Shown here piece by piece: positions 51,290-64,000 of a DNA stretch of 64,000 nucleotides. The first letter of the stretch is position 1. Each line of letters begins with the position of its first letter. The DNA is taken from positions 38,380,001-38,444,000 of the forward strand of contig CM052817.1 in NCBI GenBank assembly GCA_028534125.1, read 5' to 3'. Under the pieces are notes generated by a model. That model was not told where the DNA came from and did not search any database. It worked only from the letters and a program-made list of their open reading frames with translations. Position numbers and translations under genes: made by a program. The DNA comes from Lama glama (Eukaryota).

Positions 51290-51740
51290 TGATAAGAAAG
51301 TTCTGGGGCCTTCCCACTGCCTCTGGGATAAGTTTCAAGCTCTTTGGTATGGCAATATGTGATCATTCATACTCTAACCCCTTCTTACTTTACCAGCCAC
51401 ATATTCAGTTCCTCCCAGTCTCTGCCTTCCCTAAAAACTAACTCAATCCTCATTCACAAATGCCCAGTACTTTTTGCATCTCTATCCTTCATACGTCTCC
51501 TTCTCTTTTTCTTCCTGTTGTTGATATACATCATCCTTTGTGAGGTTTGGCTCAAATACTGCCTCCCCTGTAAAGCCTAGCTTGGTTCATCGTGTTCTCC
51601 TGGTCCCTGGTATGCAGCTTTATTCCAGCATGTATCACAGGACACTATTACTTTTGTGTGCCAGCTTCCTTGACTGCATTAGATTTTTTTTTTCAGAGCC
51701 AGAACTATACTCTATTTATTCTTGTTAGTTTATTTCTTAA
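51290..51740 (+). mobile_element. L2 relic
   Basis: 'ggccttcccactgcctctgggataagtttcaagctc...ggctcaaatactgcctcccctgtaaagcct'. Confidence 0.6.
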
Positions 51741-52028
51741 TTATTACATATCCCATTGCTCGTATGGTCATTGTGAAGAGCAGAAACACAATGAAGTCTA
51801 ATGAATTGAATTTTACTGATCTCTTGTTTGTGTTTGTTTTATTTTTGGTATAAGTGAAGATATTTTGTTGTGCTTCTTTTTTTTCTTTTTGTTCCTCTCT
51901 GACCTCACTCATTTCTCTCGAATGTAGTATTTTTTTAAGGCTGATAAAATATGCTTAATTCTTGGTGGGGCTCTTTAGACCTTCTGAAAAAGAAAAAAAA
52001 ATTCTTATTTGCAAAGTAGTGATAAAGA

Positions 52029-52528
52029 NNNNNNNNNNNNNNNNNNNNNNNNNNNNNNNNNNNNNNNNNNNNNNNNNNNNNNNNNNNNNNNNNNNNNNNN
52101 NNNNNNNNNNNNNNNNNNNNNNNNNNNNNNNNNNNNNNNNNNNNNNNNNNNNNNNNNNNNNNNNNNNNNNNNNNNNNNNNNNNNNNNNNNNNNNNNNNNN
52201 NNNNNNNNNNNNNNNNNNNNNNNNNNNNNNNNNNNNNNNNNNNNNNNNNNNNNNNNNNNNNNNNNNNNNNNNNNNNNNNNNNNNNNNNNNNNNNNNNNNN
52301 NNNNNNNNNNNNNNNNNNNNNNNNNNNNNNNNNNNNNNNNNNNNNNNNNNNNNNNNNNNNNNNNNNNNNNNNNNNNNNNNNNNNNNNNNNNNNNNNNNNN
52401 NNNNNNNNNNNNNNNNNNNNNNNNNNNNNNNNNNNNNNNNNNNNNNNNNNNNNNNNNNNNNNNNNNNNNNNNNNNNNNNNNNNNNNNNNNNNNNNNNNNN
52501 NNNNNNNNNNNNNNNNNNNNNNNNNNNN
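52029..52528. other. Assembly gap, 500 N
   Basis: Run of exactly 500 N. Confidence 1.
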
Positions 52529-54384
52529 GCCTTGACTCAGCAGTGGGTGGAAAACTGTGACTACATCTATGTCCTCCTAATTATTGAGAAGGGCAAAAGA
52601 GGAAAGGGAAGATTTGACCAAAGGACAGAAATTATTTCCAGGAACAATTACCTAAAAATGACAACATTGTCTAATAACATGCAATGCTGTAAGTGCATAT
52701 AAATACAAAGATACATGCCAAATTTTATATACGTGTGTGTGTGTGTACATAATATTAGAAGAACTATGTGAATCCAAATATGAATGGACAACACTATAAA
52801 ATCTTGGAAATAATGGCTTTTCTTGAACTGATGAAGGCCTTTTACTAGGAGATAAATTAAACCTATTCTACGTAGCTCCAAAGAACAGGGCTAAGATCAA
52901 AGAGTGAGAATTAAAGGGAAATGAATCTCACTCCAGTAAAGAGAAGAACCTTCTAAAATATTGAGCATAATTCCCTTTCCTATATTTTTTCTTTGAGAGC
53001 CTTCCACTACCTCTACTATAGTCTTCTTTTTATGGCACATCTATTTACCTTCTTGTTATTGCCTAATGCTTGAACTTCCTATAAATTAATTTGGCAACGC
53101 AAAAAAATTTTTTTTCAGGTTCTATAGCTAATGTAAGAATATTTTAAATAAGTAAGGGGTATTGCTGGTTAAATCAAACATCTGATTAATTTTATGGTGT
53201 TTTCTATAATGGATATTATATTAAACTATCTAATAAATAATCATCTTTTGAGGAAGTTTAAAACAAAATGTGTCCCAAGTATTTAATACATTCTCTTGGT
53301 AAATAATTATGTTCTTCATTTCTTGGCAGAGAACATCGATGTAAAGATTTTGTAAATAACTAAGAAAAGTGCCTCCAACTGGTCCCCTGAGGAAAGAAAT
53401 AAGAATATCATAGCTGCCAACAGCCACTTTTTCTAACCATGAACTATAAGAGACCTACATATGCTCACATCATAATATGTACAACTGCATCATTCCAGAG
53501 AAGCAAAAAGAGGTAGGAATACTACTAAATGACAAAAAAACTTCTCTAATTAGCAGAAAGCACGCTTGACCTTTTCTCCTAACTGTGTAGGATGAAGATC
53601 CCTCTAGTATGTGAGAAAACATAATTGTGAAACCACTGATTAGTTCCTGTTCTACCTTAGGTGGAGCCATGGTTCTTTCCTAACTAAGACGTGAGACGCA
53701 ACATGAAGAAGACACATTGAGAGCCTCTGTATCCCAACAAGGGCCCCCAGGCCCTCGAGACCGGGTCCAGTCCATCGCAGTGGGCCCCATTCCCTTCTGC
53801 AACCTGAACAAGGGACAGTGGGCTTCACACATATTTATCTTCTTCATTCCATATCTCTGTCCACACCAGATGAGGCAGAGAGCATCAAAACCGCCATCTG
53901 ACTTCCCATAGGCTCTGAAAAAGTTTTCCTATTTGAAAGACCAATATTTCAGGTTGCCAGTCCTGTGGCATGGTTGTTTGCTGGTATTAAACCAGAGAAT
54001 CTGACTGTTTCATTTCCGAAAAATTCACTGATGCTTATTGGGGACTGGTATTAGCCATGGGTGAGTGGTTTGGCAGAGAGAAATGTGCACAGTGTTGAGA
54101 ACAGTGTTCACTTACCATTTGATCATAAACCATTTTTTGCCCCTTAGCACATTCTTTAACACCTCACAGAACTAATGTTTCATGAAAAAATTTCACAGAC
54201 ACTGGTTCAGTCATTCATCCACATTCAGATACATGCACATGCGCCTCTGAACAGTACCAATGAAGTGCCTAATATTCGGGAGCCTAGTGACATTATTTAG
54301 GGACATACAAATCCTTCTAATAAAAAATGCTAAATCATAATGACAAGCTAGAAAGTTGAAATAAATGCCTGTCAAGTTTGAATA

Positions 54385-54885
54385 ATAAACATTTACCAGA
54401 ATGGTTTAAAATATTCATACTCCTTGAACCAGTTAGTCCAAAATCTGTCTCAAGGAAAAATACAAAATTCAAGCAAATATTTATGTCCCCCAATATTTTA
54501 TTGCAACGTTATTTATAATAGCAAAAAAAAAAAACCTAGAAGTAACATAAATATCCAACAATAGGGGAATTAAATTATGGGATCTCTGTTTATCCAGAAT
54601 ATTACTCAGTGATTAAAAGTTGTGTTTCCTTAAAATATATAATGTGGGAAGATGTTTATGATATCATATTTGGTGGAAAGCCAACAGAATTTAAAATTGT
54701 ACAGACAATATAATCTCAGTGTATAAGACATATGCACATAGAAAAAGGCTGAGCAGATACGTATCAAAGTGATGAAGTATTTATTTCTAAAGAGTGAGGT
54801 AACTCATGTTACTTTTCTTTATACATTCTGGTATAAACAAAATTTTCCACAATTGATAAATATTGCTTTTATTAGCAGGAAACAA
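54385..54885 (+). mobile_element. L1ME4-like 3' end
   Basis: 'ttattgcaacgttatttataatagcaaaa...aaatatccaacaatagggga'. Confidence 0.7.
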
Positions 54886-55959
54886 AAATAGATTTTCCTT
54901 CCTTATAAAGCTGGCTTTTCCTGGAGAAGCCATTCTCTAGGCTTTTTATCTCCTAGCATGCTGCTTCTCTAATGATGGTTTCCCAAAATTTAATTAATAA
55001 TTATTGAAGTGAGAGAAAAGAAAGTTAAACAGAATGTGACCGCCTCAAACATCCTTCTTTTAAAGGGAATTTGGATTTCATGACAACTGTGGGGTAACTT
55101 GATCATTTAGGAGGAGAAATCTCCCCCCACCACACACCCAACCCCTGCCCCCGGAGCAGTGAAAGGCAGTCCTAGTCTCTGCCCCTTGAGATCTTCGGCT
55201 TCCTCTTACCTCCTTCAAGATGTCAATCAAGTTCCTGATGGGCTGGGTAAAACTGAATCCAAAGCAGACCATTATTAGTCTTGCCAGCTCTGAGAACGTT
55301 AGGCTCTCTGGGAATTAAGAGCCATGTGGTTGCTAGGCACTGCTGGTCTCTGATGTGTGACTTCATTAACTACAAGTTACACAAGATCAGAAATCAAGCC
55401 CTGGAAAGGGGAATAGGCATCCAAGTCACTAGTCTCTTTTCAGTCGCAGTGAAAGGATTTTTCCTAAACTGAATGGAGGAAAAGAAGCTTCTATGCAGCG
55501 ATTTGGACAAATATGCACTTAAAACAGTATAACAATTAGACAATATGTTGACATCTCCCCCAGCTGCCCGTCATTCTTCCATCCAACTTTCCATTATACA
55601 ATTGTTGTGTGACTGTGTGAGTATGTTTGAAATGAATGGTTAAGAGCAACATATGTAAAATCTAATCTTTTTTGGCTTTATTAGTTTCAAAAAATAAATA
55701 TTTCAAAAACTATTTGAGAGGCTACTATGTGAACAACACTGCAATGTAGGTGAAACCAAGAGGACGGAAAAGAGATAAGTGAAACATGGTTCACACTCAC
55801 AAGGTCAGGGAAGCAAAACAAACAAATTCTCCTTTTGATCAAAAAACAGCATAACAGAAGTCTCATTTCTAAATGCATGTGACTTTCCATCCAGCAGCCC
55901 CTTCCTCCATACCTTCCTTCATTATTTTCTCAGCCACTAACTGGCCTCATCAAAAATGA

Positions 55960-57260
55960 GTAATAAACAGAAAAGAATCATTCCAGGACCTATACACAAA
56001 AGCTACAAAAATGACTAACAGAAAGAGAGAGAGATGACAAATCCATACAGAGATGAAGAGTTTACACTAATCATTCAATAATTAAAAAAACAAATTTTAA
56101 GTAACTTAAAAATAATTTTAAAATAAAGTATTATCTATTTTAAGATGAAAAATTGAGGGCTCAAAAATAGGGGCAAAAGCTAGGGACAAAAAAATCTAAG
56201 CATAAAAAATCACACAAAGTAAAACAGAAATTACAAAAAATGATGATAAATAGGAAAGGAGACAAGTTCTCTGCGATATACCTAGTGTTCATAATTCAGA
56301 GAACAGAACAAGTGGATCGGGAGAAACATTCAAAAATATCATACAGGAAAATATTATTGAAATAAAAATTTAAACTGAAGACTGCAATGGCTCACCATGT
56401 ACCAAGGAAAAAAAGTAGATACTTATCAAAGATAGGATGCGTCCCTTGGAAGCTGGACACAAAAATTTTACGCAAAGTGAGCAACATCAAGACATATTTA
56501 GGGAAAGTTACACAATTACAAGGATTAAAAAGGAAATCATAAGGGGTCAGGAAGAAAAGGCAAGGTACATGTAAGCCAAGCAAGGAAGCAGGGAAAATGT
56601 GAACTTGCCAATGAATTTCTTCACTTTTTATGGCGCTGTCTAAAATGGAAACTGGTCATTAAGTATAAATAAAGAAAGAAATGAGTGCTTTAACTTTTAT
56701 TTTTCTTTAGCTTTAGGGAAATACTTAAAAGACCCAAATCATGTTTCTTGTGGTGGAGAAACATTTATTTGAAGTCTTCTGCTTTAGATAATTTAGCAAT
56801 TCCTTTTTATTTCAGAGGATTATATTTTTGTTAATATAATTAAAATTCAATTTAATGGTTAAAAATTGAATGTAGTCTACTGTCATCCTTTTGTTTTCCT
56901 AAAATTACCTTTAAAAAAATCTCTCTCTACATATGGATAGAAAGATGTTTGAAATGTTAGCAAATTTGCTTATTTCTTGGTTGTGAAATTTGAGAATGCT
57001 GTTTTTAAATTTTCTTTCTTTATACTTTTCTATACTGCTTGAATTTATAAATAGAATATCTTAGATTGTTGTGGTAGCTCACAGAAAAAAAATGTGACAA
57101 TGAATACATGTTTGTTAACGTATAAATGAAAAATTGTGCTGTACACTGGAAATTGACACAACATTGTAAATTGACTATAACTCAATTAAAAAAATGTGGA
57201 AAAAACCCCCAGAAATTATGTATCAACAAAGACAATAATCTGAAATGCTTTCTCCAGGAA
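55960..57260 (+). mobile_element. HAL1/L1ME-like ancient ORF1 and 3' fragments
   Basis: A-rich ORF1-like 'cagagaacagaacaagtggatcgggagaaacattcaaaaatatcatacaggaaaat...gctcaccatgtacca'; L1ME4-like 3' tail at about 56930-57050. Confidence 0.55.
57062..57205 (+). mobile_element. Very short young camelid-type L1 3' end
   Basis: Closely similar to 11530-11665: 'gtggtagctcacagaaaaaaaatgtgacaatgaata...gacacaacattgtaaa'. Confidence 0.9.
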
Positions 57261-57799
57261 AAATAAATAATTTGTATGTATTTAATTTGTCCATCACTGT
57301 CTGCGGACAGGTATCATGATTTCAGGCAAGAACTAAACTGTGGGCTCTATGCAAAGAACATCACTCTAAGAATCACACCATATGAAAGACAACACAGGAA
57401 ATTCATGTGTCAAGTCTCTACACCTGTCAAAGCAAAGATTAAAAATATTTGCAACATCAATGCTTTTTAGTCACTCATTTATACAGTACTCTAATGTACA
57501 CTGGATCATTTTTCTTTCTTTAGCTACTTTTATTCAGGGAACTAAAGCTGCAGAGAAAGTCACACTTTGACATTAATTTATAGTTACAGCAAAAGGCTCA
57601 GAACATAGGTTAGAAAAATCACAATGAATTGTGTGAGTTGATTTTGATGAGTTATGTTATCTTATGGTTACATTGTGGATGCCCAAATAGGCATACTTTT
57701 CTTAATCTTTTAGCAATTTTCTTGATTGAGACCCTCACAATTCTAACTAAGGTTGGTGGGAGCCTTAAATGACCCTCCTGCTTTTCATCTCTTTCCTTG

Positions 57800-57990
57800 T
57801 CCCCAAACCCCATCCTCATTCATCCTCTAAGGTATATGCCATTCCAGAATGATCTTTCTGAAAGCCAAATCTGTTTTTTCTTACTTCTGTACTTAAAAGT
57901 CTTTAATAAATACCCAATGCCTTTTCTATAAAATCAAACCTTGTTATGTCGTAGAAAGTCCGTTATGTCCTGACCCCTACTTCCTTCTAT
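57800..57990 (+). mobile_element. L2 relic
   Basis: 'ccagaatgatctttctgaaagccaaatctg...cttaaaagtctttaata...cctgacccctact'. Confidence 0.6.
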
Positions 57991-59760
57991 AAGTAAATTT
58001 TAGAAGAGAAGAATGTCTCCCCCCTTTGGCTTTTCATTGAGGAAGGACTGCTCCTTAGCACAGGTCTGACCTCCTTCCTTTTTTGACTCAATTCTCCCCT
58101 GAGGAGACAAGAGATCTGCTTGGTAAATTTGGGGGAACACAAACTGGAGCATGCAGTGTGAGCATCATCCTTCCCCGAGGGAGGAAGTTGCTCACGGGAG
58201 CATGGTTTCTGCTCCTCCTCTGAGTCTCTGAGTCCCTGTCTACCCCGGTCCATTGATTGGGCCAGGAAATCTAATCCATCTGGACTTCAGAATTATTGAA
58301 CTTATTTAGCTACCGAAACTAAAACCACATGCTCAACCTAGCCACTATCAGAAAAAAAACAAGATATTAAGCTCCTTTGTACTTTTAGTCCCCTCAACTT
58401 TCTCAGCATCCTGGTGAGAGATAAGGGTACTACTTACTGAATGCTTCTGCAGAGACCCCAATAGAAGCTCTCAATTCACTGAGGCATCACACTTTGCCAA
58501 ATACTGTGCAGACAGGTTATGTCATTTGGTCATTGCAAACCTCCACCTCTCCACAGCCCCTGACACTTGGCCCTTGGCTCCTCAAACCCCCTCATCACCC
58601 CACGTCCTCAACCTCCACGTTGCGTCCACTGAGCTTGTAGGAGAGGGAAGATTGTCTACTCCGATGTACACAATAACGAGATGGAAATTTCAGAATAATC
58701 AAGAGACAAAAATGCCAAGGTGTTTTGCATATGCTGACTTTCCTATGAAATGCAGCATTCAAACAATATTTAGTTATCATATGCACTCTTCTGTACCTTC
58801 TGCTCACACGTGGGAAATCTCAGTGATGCAAACGGTTCTGGGCCTCAAAGCTGATGTTTCTAGCTTAGTGATTAAAGATAGATGACAGAGAGACGGTTTC
58901 CTGACAACAGCCGAGCTACTCTGGGGAATTTTTAACCCAGAGTTCCTACTGGGGAGCAAAAGAATATGTTTAATCTTTTATTTTCCCTGGAGTATGATTT
59001 AGGGCCCCTGTTAAAAATGAATTACATACTACACCATAATAAAATACCACTAGAACTTGACTAATGGAAAAATAACATTACATTTTACTTTTTTTGCAAA
59101 GGATCTAATGTCTCCTTAAACAAATTAGAGGAACATAGTTATCAAAAGAGTAAGCCAGTGAGATTCCTTTAAAAAGGAGTTTCATACAAGGATTTACTTG
59201 CTATGTCTTATCTCCTAACGTATCTTTGGAGACACATTATAGGAAAGGAAGGAGTTATGTTGGCCTACCTTGCTTAAAAATAATTGTCCCATACTATTAT
59301 CCTTTGTTTTGGTAAAAACAAATGTAATTGAATCATTACATGGTCAGTGCTTGAAGGGTTGTCCATGTCAGGAGTTCTCCAAAATCTAATATAATAATAC
59401 CATGTTCCTCTCTTTTCTGATCCTTAGTCCCAGGTTTTTATTTTTTTTTAAGGTTCTGTCCCTGAGATAGAACTAGTGACACACACACACACACACAAAA
59501 ACTGACTCCTGTTAGCTCTTTGAAACAAATAATGCCATTAATTAATATACTTATAAACCAACAAACATAGATCAAAGTAAAAATAAAGAATTCATTTTAA
59601 AAAGAATTTATTTTTTGCATCTTTGACATTTTAAAAGCAATACTGAGTATTAAGATAAATGATAATGTAATAAATAAATAAGGAAAGGATAATAGGAAAA
59701 CTACAGATAAATATTTTCCAAACAAAGTATTAAAAATTTCTAAATAAAATATAAAAAAAA

Positions 59761-60167
59761 GATGGACTTGGAGATCATCATTCTAAGTGAAGTAAGCCAG
59801 AAAAAGAAAGAAGCATATCATATGATACCACTTATATGTGGAATCTAAAAAAAGACACAAATGAACTTATTTATAAAACAGAAACAGACTCACAGATATA
59901 GAAAATAAACTTACGGTTACCAGGGGGAAAGGAGGTGGACAGGGATAAAATGAGGGTTTGAGATTTGCAGATACTAACAACTATATATAAAATAGATGAA
60001 CAACAAGTTTATACCATATAGCACAGGGAACTATATTCAATATCTTGTAGTAACTTACAATGAAAAGGAGTATATATATATATATGTAAATGTATGACTG
60101 AAACATGCTGTACACCAGAAATCAACACAACATTGTGAACTGACTGTACTTCAATAAAAACAAAAAA
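59761..60167 (+). mobile_element. 5'-truncated camelid-type L1 3' end (same type as 2251-3034)
   Basis: Aligns by eye to 2600-3005, from 'ttggagatcatcattctaagtgaagtaagccaga' to 'acttcaataaa'. Confidence 0.93.
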
Positions 60168-61797
60168 TTTAATTGCATTAATATTTTAAAAATTTTAGGT
60201 ACATGCTAGAGTTTTTTATTTTATTTTTTACAATAGTAAAAGCCCCAAATTAAAAAAAATAATGACTCTATTAAAGTGTATCACAAACTTGAAACTTAGC
60301 ATTCTTATTTCATTAATTCTTCTAAAACACTAGAAAGAATATTGATAGCTGTAGCAGCCAGACAAATAACTTTTAATTTGTAATAAATGAGATAAACCTC
60401 TTCCAAGGAAACAGCTTCAAAATCAAATCAATAACCCATTTTTGTTAAATTTTTTCCATTAAAAATGAAATTAGTAGTGAGCTTCAGCCAGCATGACAAT
60501 ATTTCTACTTAATCTGCAAGTGTTACTTTCTGAAAGTAGAATGTCTGTCAGTAGAATGGACTGAGACCTGTCTATTAGGTTAGCCATCAAGTCAGGGATT
60601 GAAGAGATCCTTTATTTCTTCCAGAAGAAACTACATCTCTCTGTGGAGAATACAATTACCAACAAGTATCTAACAAAAATAATCAGATACATCTTGACTA
60701 GCCTTAGTCAAATTACTGAGAAGTTAAACATATAAAACCTAAATTTAGTGCTTAAACATATGCACACAACTGCACTTTTGCAGAAATGTGCTTCTATACT
60801 CAAGAGAAATAACAGCTTTGAAATGTGACCAAAACCATTATCTAAGTCACCCCAATTGATGGCCAGGACTACAGCAGCAAATCCGCAATCACAGAACTAT
60901 CAGTCTCTCCATGTGGCTGAATAAGCATCAAACAGACCACATCCCAAGCTCGGCAAATCCATGACATTTAGATTGGTGTCTACTCAATGGTTGTGCAAAG
61001 TGCTTGATGATGATTATGCCAACTTTTAACCTACTTGGTATGAGCTATAACTTGCATAAAATAATGTATGATACTGTGTTTAAACAACACATCTTTATGG
61101 TGAATCTGAATTTCTGAGTTTAGACAAAAAAGCTTGAGTTTTCTTTTCATTCTTGTTACTGATCTAATGTTAACCCCCTCGAGTTTTACCTTTATTTTCT
61201 GCCAATGTGTTGCCAAATATTGGACGGGTTAGGAAAATAATGTTTTCTAACACTAAGCTTCATAGGGAAAAGGGTCTATAAAAATTCCAGGTAACAGTAT
61301 TACTATTCATAATGTACAATAACAGAAGAGAAATAATATTTATTGAAACTAAAAGGAGCTTATCTAAATTTGATAGAAGAAGATGGTTTTCAATGGATTA
61401 ATACTTTTGAATGTTTCTGAGTATATTGTAGCAAATGCTCCATAAAGAATACCAAAAATTAAAAGATGATAATTTACTCTAACAAGTAATGATTTATTCC
61501 ATGTTACTCGGTTTTATAGGCAGTAAGCTTATGTTCAGCTTTTCACTCTTATGGATTCAGAAGGAAAAGAACTGGTTGTCCTTCTCTCTCTTTACTCTTT
61601 GTCTCCACTTTCTAGTTTGAATAAGAACCTCTTCTGCTTAAGTGTTAGATATAAGCATTTGTATCTTATGATATGCTATTGAAATGTTTTAATTCACTAA
61701 TATATTCACTCAAAAAACAATTTTTGTTATTGGGCACCTGTTCTATGCCAAGAGTGCCATGTTATCTATAAGTGTGTTTCAAAACCTGCGATGTGAC

Positions 61798-61927
61798 CAG
61801 GTTCAATACATAATTTGTGGGTACAGTGCAAATTGAAAAATGTGAGGTTCTTTGTACAAAATTTATTAAGAATTTTAACCAAAGGTAGGGCATCTATACA
61901 GATTGCATGTATATGAAGCCAGCACCA
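61798..61927. mobile_element. MER91A-like, opposite orientation to the 16237 copy
   Basis: 'tacataatttgtgggtacagtgcaaa...aaaatttattaagaattt...atgaagccagc'; partial TSD gatgtgac / cgtgtgac. Confidence 0.7.
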
Positions 61928-63104
61928 CGTGTGACTTTAGCACTGAACCTTCTTGACTCTCTTCAGTGTGGGAAAAAAAAAGACTAGTATGCATTTAGAA
62001 TACTTTAGGAACTATGAAATAATAGGATAAGGCAACTAAGTCCTTCACTGGCAGTACATTTTGCTTGCATTTTTTTTTGCACATTTCTTTATTTATTGAA
62101 TTCAGAAGTACAAGTTTCCAGGAAGGCAAGGAATGTATTGTCATCATGATGCTACCCAAATATTTCATTTTTCTGCTTACAGAACTGAATACTTCAGAGA
62201 TTAAGCAGCACAAGTTGTAGCCTCTGTAATATGATTCTAGAGTTCATTCCACATAAGAATAACACCTTTCTCTGCTATAAATAAATAGCTAATGAAACAG
62301 GCTGCCTACAAGACCTGTAGTGTCAAGTGCAGACATACTGCCAGCTACAAGCATAGCAGGAGAAGGCCTTCATTTCTAGAAAACAAATCAGAGCCAGAAT
62401 AGGACTAATATAAACCGCATTTGATTGGTTCAACCAACACTTAACTGAACCCCTCCAATATATTAGGTACCTCCCAGGGACTGGGCTTTCAGCCGTGACC
62501 ACAATAGACAAAGGTCTCTGTCCTCACATGGAGCTCACGTTCTAATAATTAATAGCACAAAAGATAATCAGAAAGTTGACACCCTCGTGTGAATGTGTAA
62601 TCTTTCTTTGCAATTTATTTTAGAAGAATTTTCTCTTGATAGACGAATACCTTTAGTTTCTATTTGTTCATTCACTTATTCACTCAACAGAAGTTTACCA
62701 AATAGTGTTTAAGATCCAAGCACAATGCTGGGATTTAGAGTTGAATCTATAAGTACAGAGCTGTAGCTGTAAATCATGTCTTATTATAAGAACATTAACT
62801 TTGACTGCACCTGCACTTACTGCACTATTCTCCACCATCTATGCCGTCAAAAGGCTTGACTGTCCTACCCAGAGTGGTATAGAGGCAGCATCGCTACCAC
62901 TATCGTCTCTTTTGCCCAAGACAAAAATTACAAGTGAATTTGGGCTCTTTTTCCCACTGAACTTAAATGTGGCCTCAAAATTCTGCTAAGGTTAACTCTT
63001 CAGCTTTCCACAGTCAATCCTAAAATCGGGTAATGAGGTGAAGCCCATTTGCAATATTTGCCTGAGCGTGGACTTCAAAACCCACAGTTTTTCAAAACCC
63101 ACAT

Positions 63105-63518
63105 GGTAGGCATGCTTAAGAAGGATGGTAAAGCTCCTAACAAGCCGTATTGCTCAAGCTAAGCTAACTACTACAAAAAAACAGTCCTTAGCAGAGTGCC
63201 AGAGGGGGTCTAGAGCTCTATTCCATGCAGTTATTCAGGGAACTAGTTTTTTTTTTCAGTCTAGTTCTCAACCATTCCTGGCAGACTTAAAATCATCTAC
63301 TGAATCTTCCTTCTAGGGCCATTTGAATGGGGGAAGAAAAGTGTGAAGGATGGTAAGAGAACCGTATGCGTCAGCCTGTAAGTGGCGTATTTTGTTTTTG
63401 CCCTCCTTCCACTGGTCAGAACTCAGTCGTGTGGCCATGCTCCCCAGCTGCAAGGGAGGCTAGGAAGTGAGGTCTACCCATGTACCTAAGAGAGAAATAA
63501 AATGAGGTTTGGGGAATA
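63105..63518 (-). mobile_element. MLT1K-like LTR
   Basis: 'ttccactggtcagaactcagtcgtgtggcca...ctgcaagggaggctaggaagtg'. Confidence 0.7.
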
Positions 63519-64000
63519 CTGGCATATCTCAGAGATACTCGGTCCCAGATCATCACAATAAAGCAAATACAGCAATAAAATGAGTCGTGACCTTTTTAAT
63601 TTCCTAGTGCATATGAAAGTTATGTTTACACTATACTGTAGTCTATTAGGTGGCAATAGCACTACGTCTAAAACAACAATGTACATACCTTAATTTAAAA
63701 ATACTTTATTATTAAAAAGTTGCTAACCTTCATCTGAGCCTTTAGCAAGTTGTAGTAGTAACATCAAAGATCACTGACCACAGAGCACCATGACAAATAT
63801 AATAATAATGAAAAAGTTTGAAATATTGCAAGAATTACCAAAAGGCAACACAGAGACATGAAGTGGGTAAATGCTATTGGAAAAATGACACTGATAGACT
63901 TGCTCAACACAGGGTTGCCACAAGCCTTCAATTTGTAAAAATTGCATATGCAATTTGCAATATCTGTCATATGCAATAAAGCAAAGTGCAATAAAATGAG
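63519..64000 (-). mobile_element. Internally deleted Tigger1 (Tigger1a_Art-like), runs off the window end
   Basis: TA then TIR-like 'ctggcatatctc'; the two Tigger1 ends are joined at about 63750; finishes 'gcaataaaatgag' just short of the second TIR. Confidence 0.85.

Noticed and set aside
58438..58446. 9-nt minus-strand micro-exon-like segment (tctctgcag|AAGCATTCA|gtaagt)
   Set aside because: Short, G-interrupted pyrimidine tract; cannot be distinguished from chance without junction data.

Overview
Mammalian, AT-rich, repeat-dense intronic or intergenic DNA, most likely camelid. The young LINE-1 3' UTRs resemble camelid L1, there is a Tigger1 deletion derivative of the cetartiodactyl type, and I saw no Alu, B1, Bov-A/BovB or PRE1 SINEs. 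I could not support any host protein-coding gene, RNA gene or CRISPR array. The only recognisable protein similarity is decayed L1 ORF2 (endonuclease/RT, including an FADD motif). The window holds several generations of L1, MaLR/ERVL solo LTRs, hAT and Tigger DNA transposons, MIR/L2 relics, microsatellites and three assembly gaps (100 N, 500 N, 500 N). The most notable structures are three L1s that keep their 5' termini but have large internal deletions, a junction of two L1s that both lack 3' ends, and a strong plus-strand L1 bias with a few candidate minus-strand exons. There are also same-orientation CTCF-like motifs and a CpG-rich patch between two MLT1C LTRs. I found no convincing novel biological system. 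Repeat family names come from memory of consensus sequences, not database searches, and boundaries are approximate unless a target-site duplication (TSD) is given.
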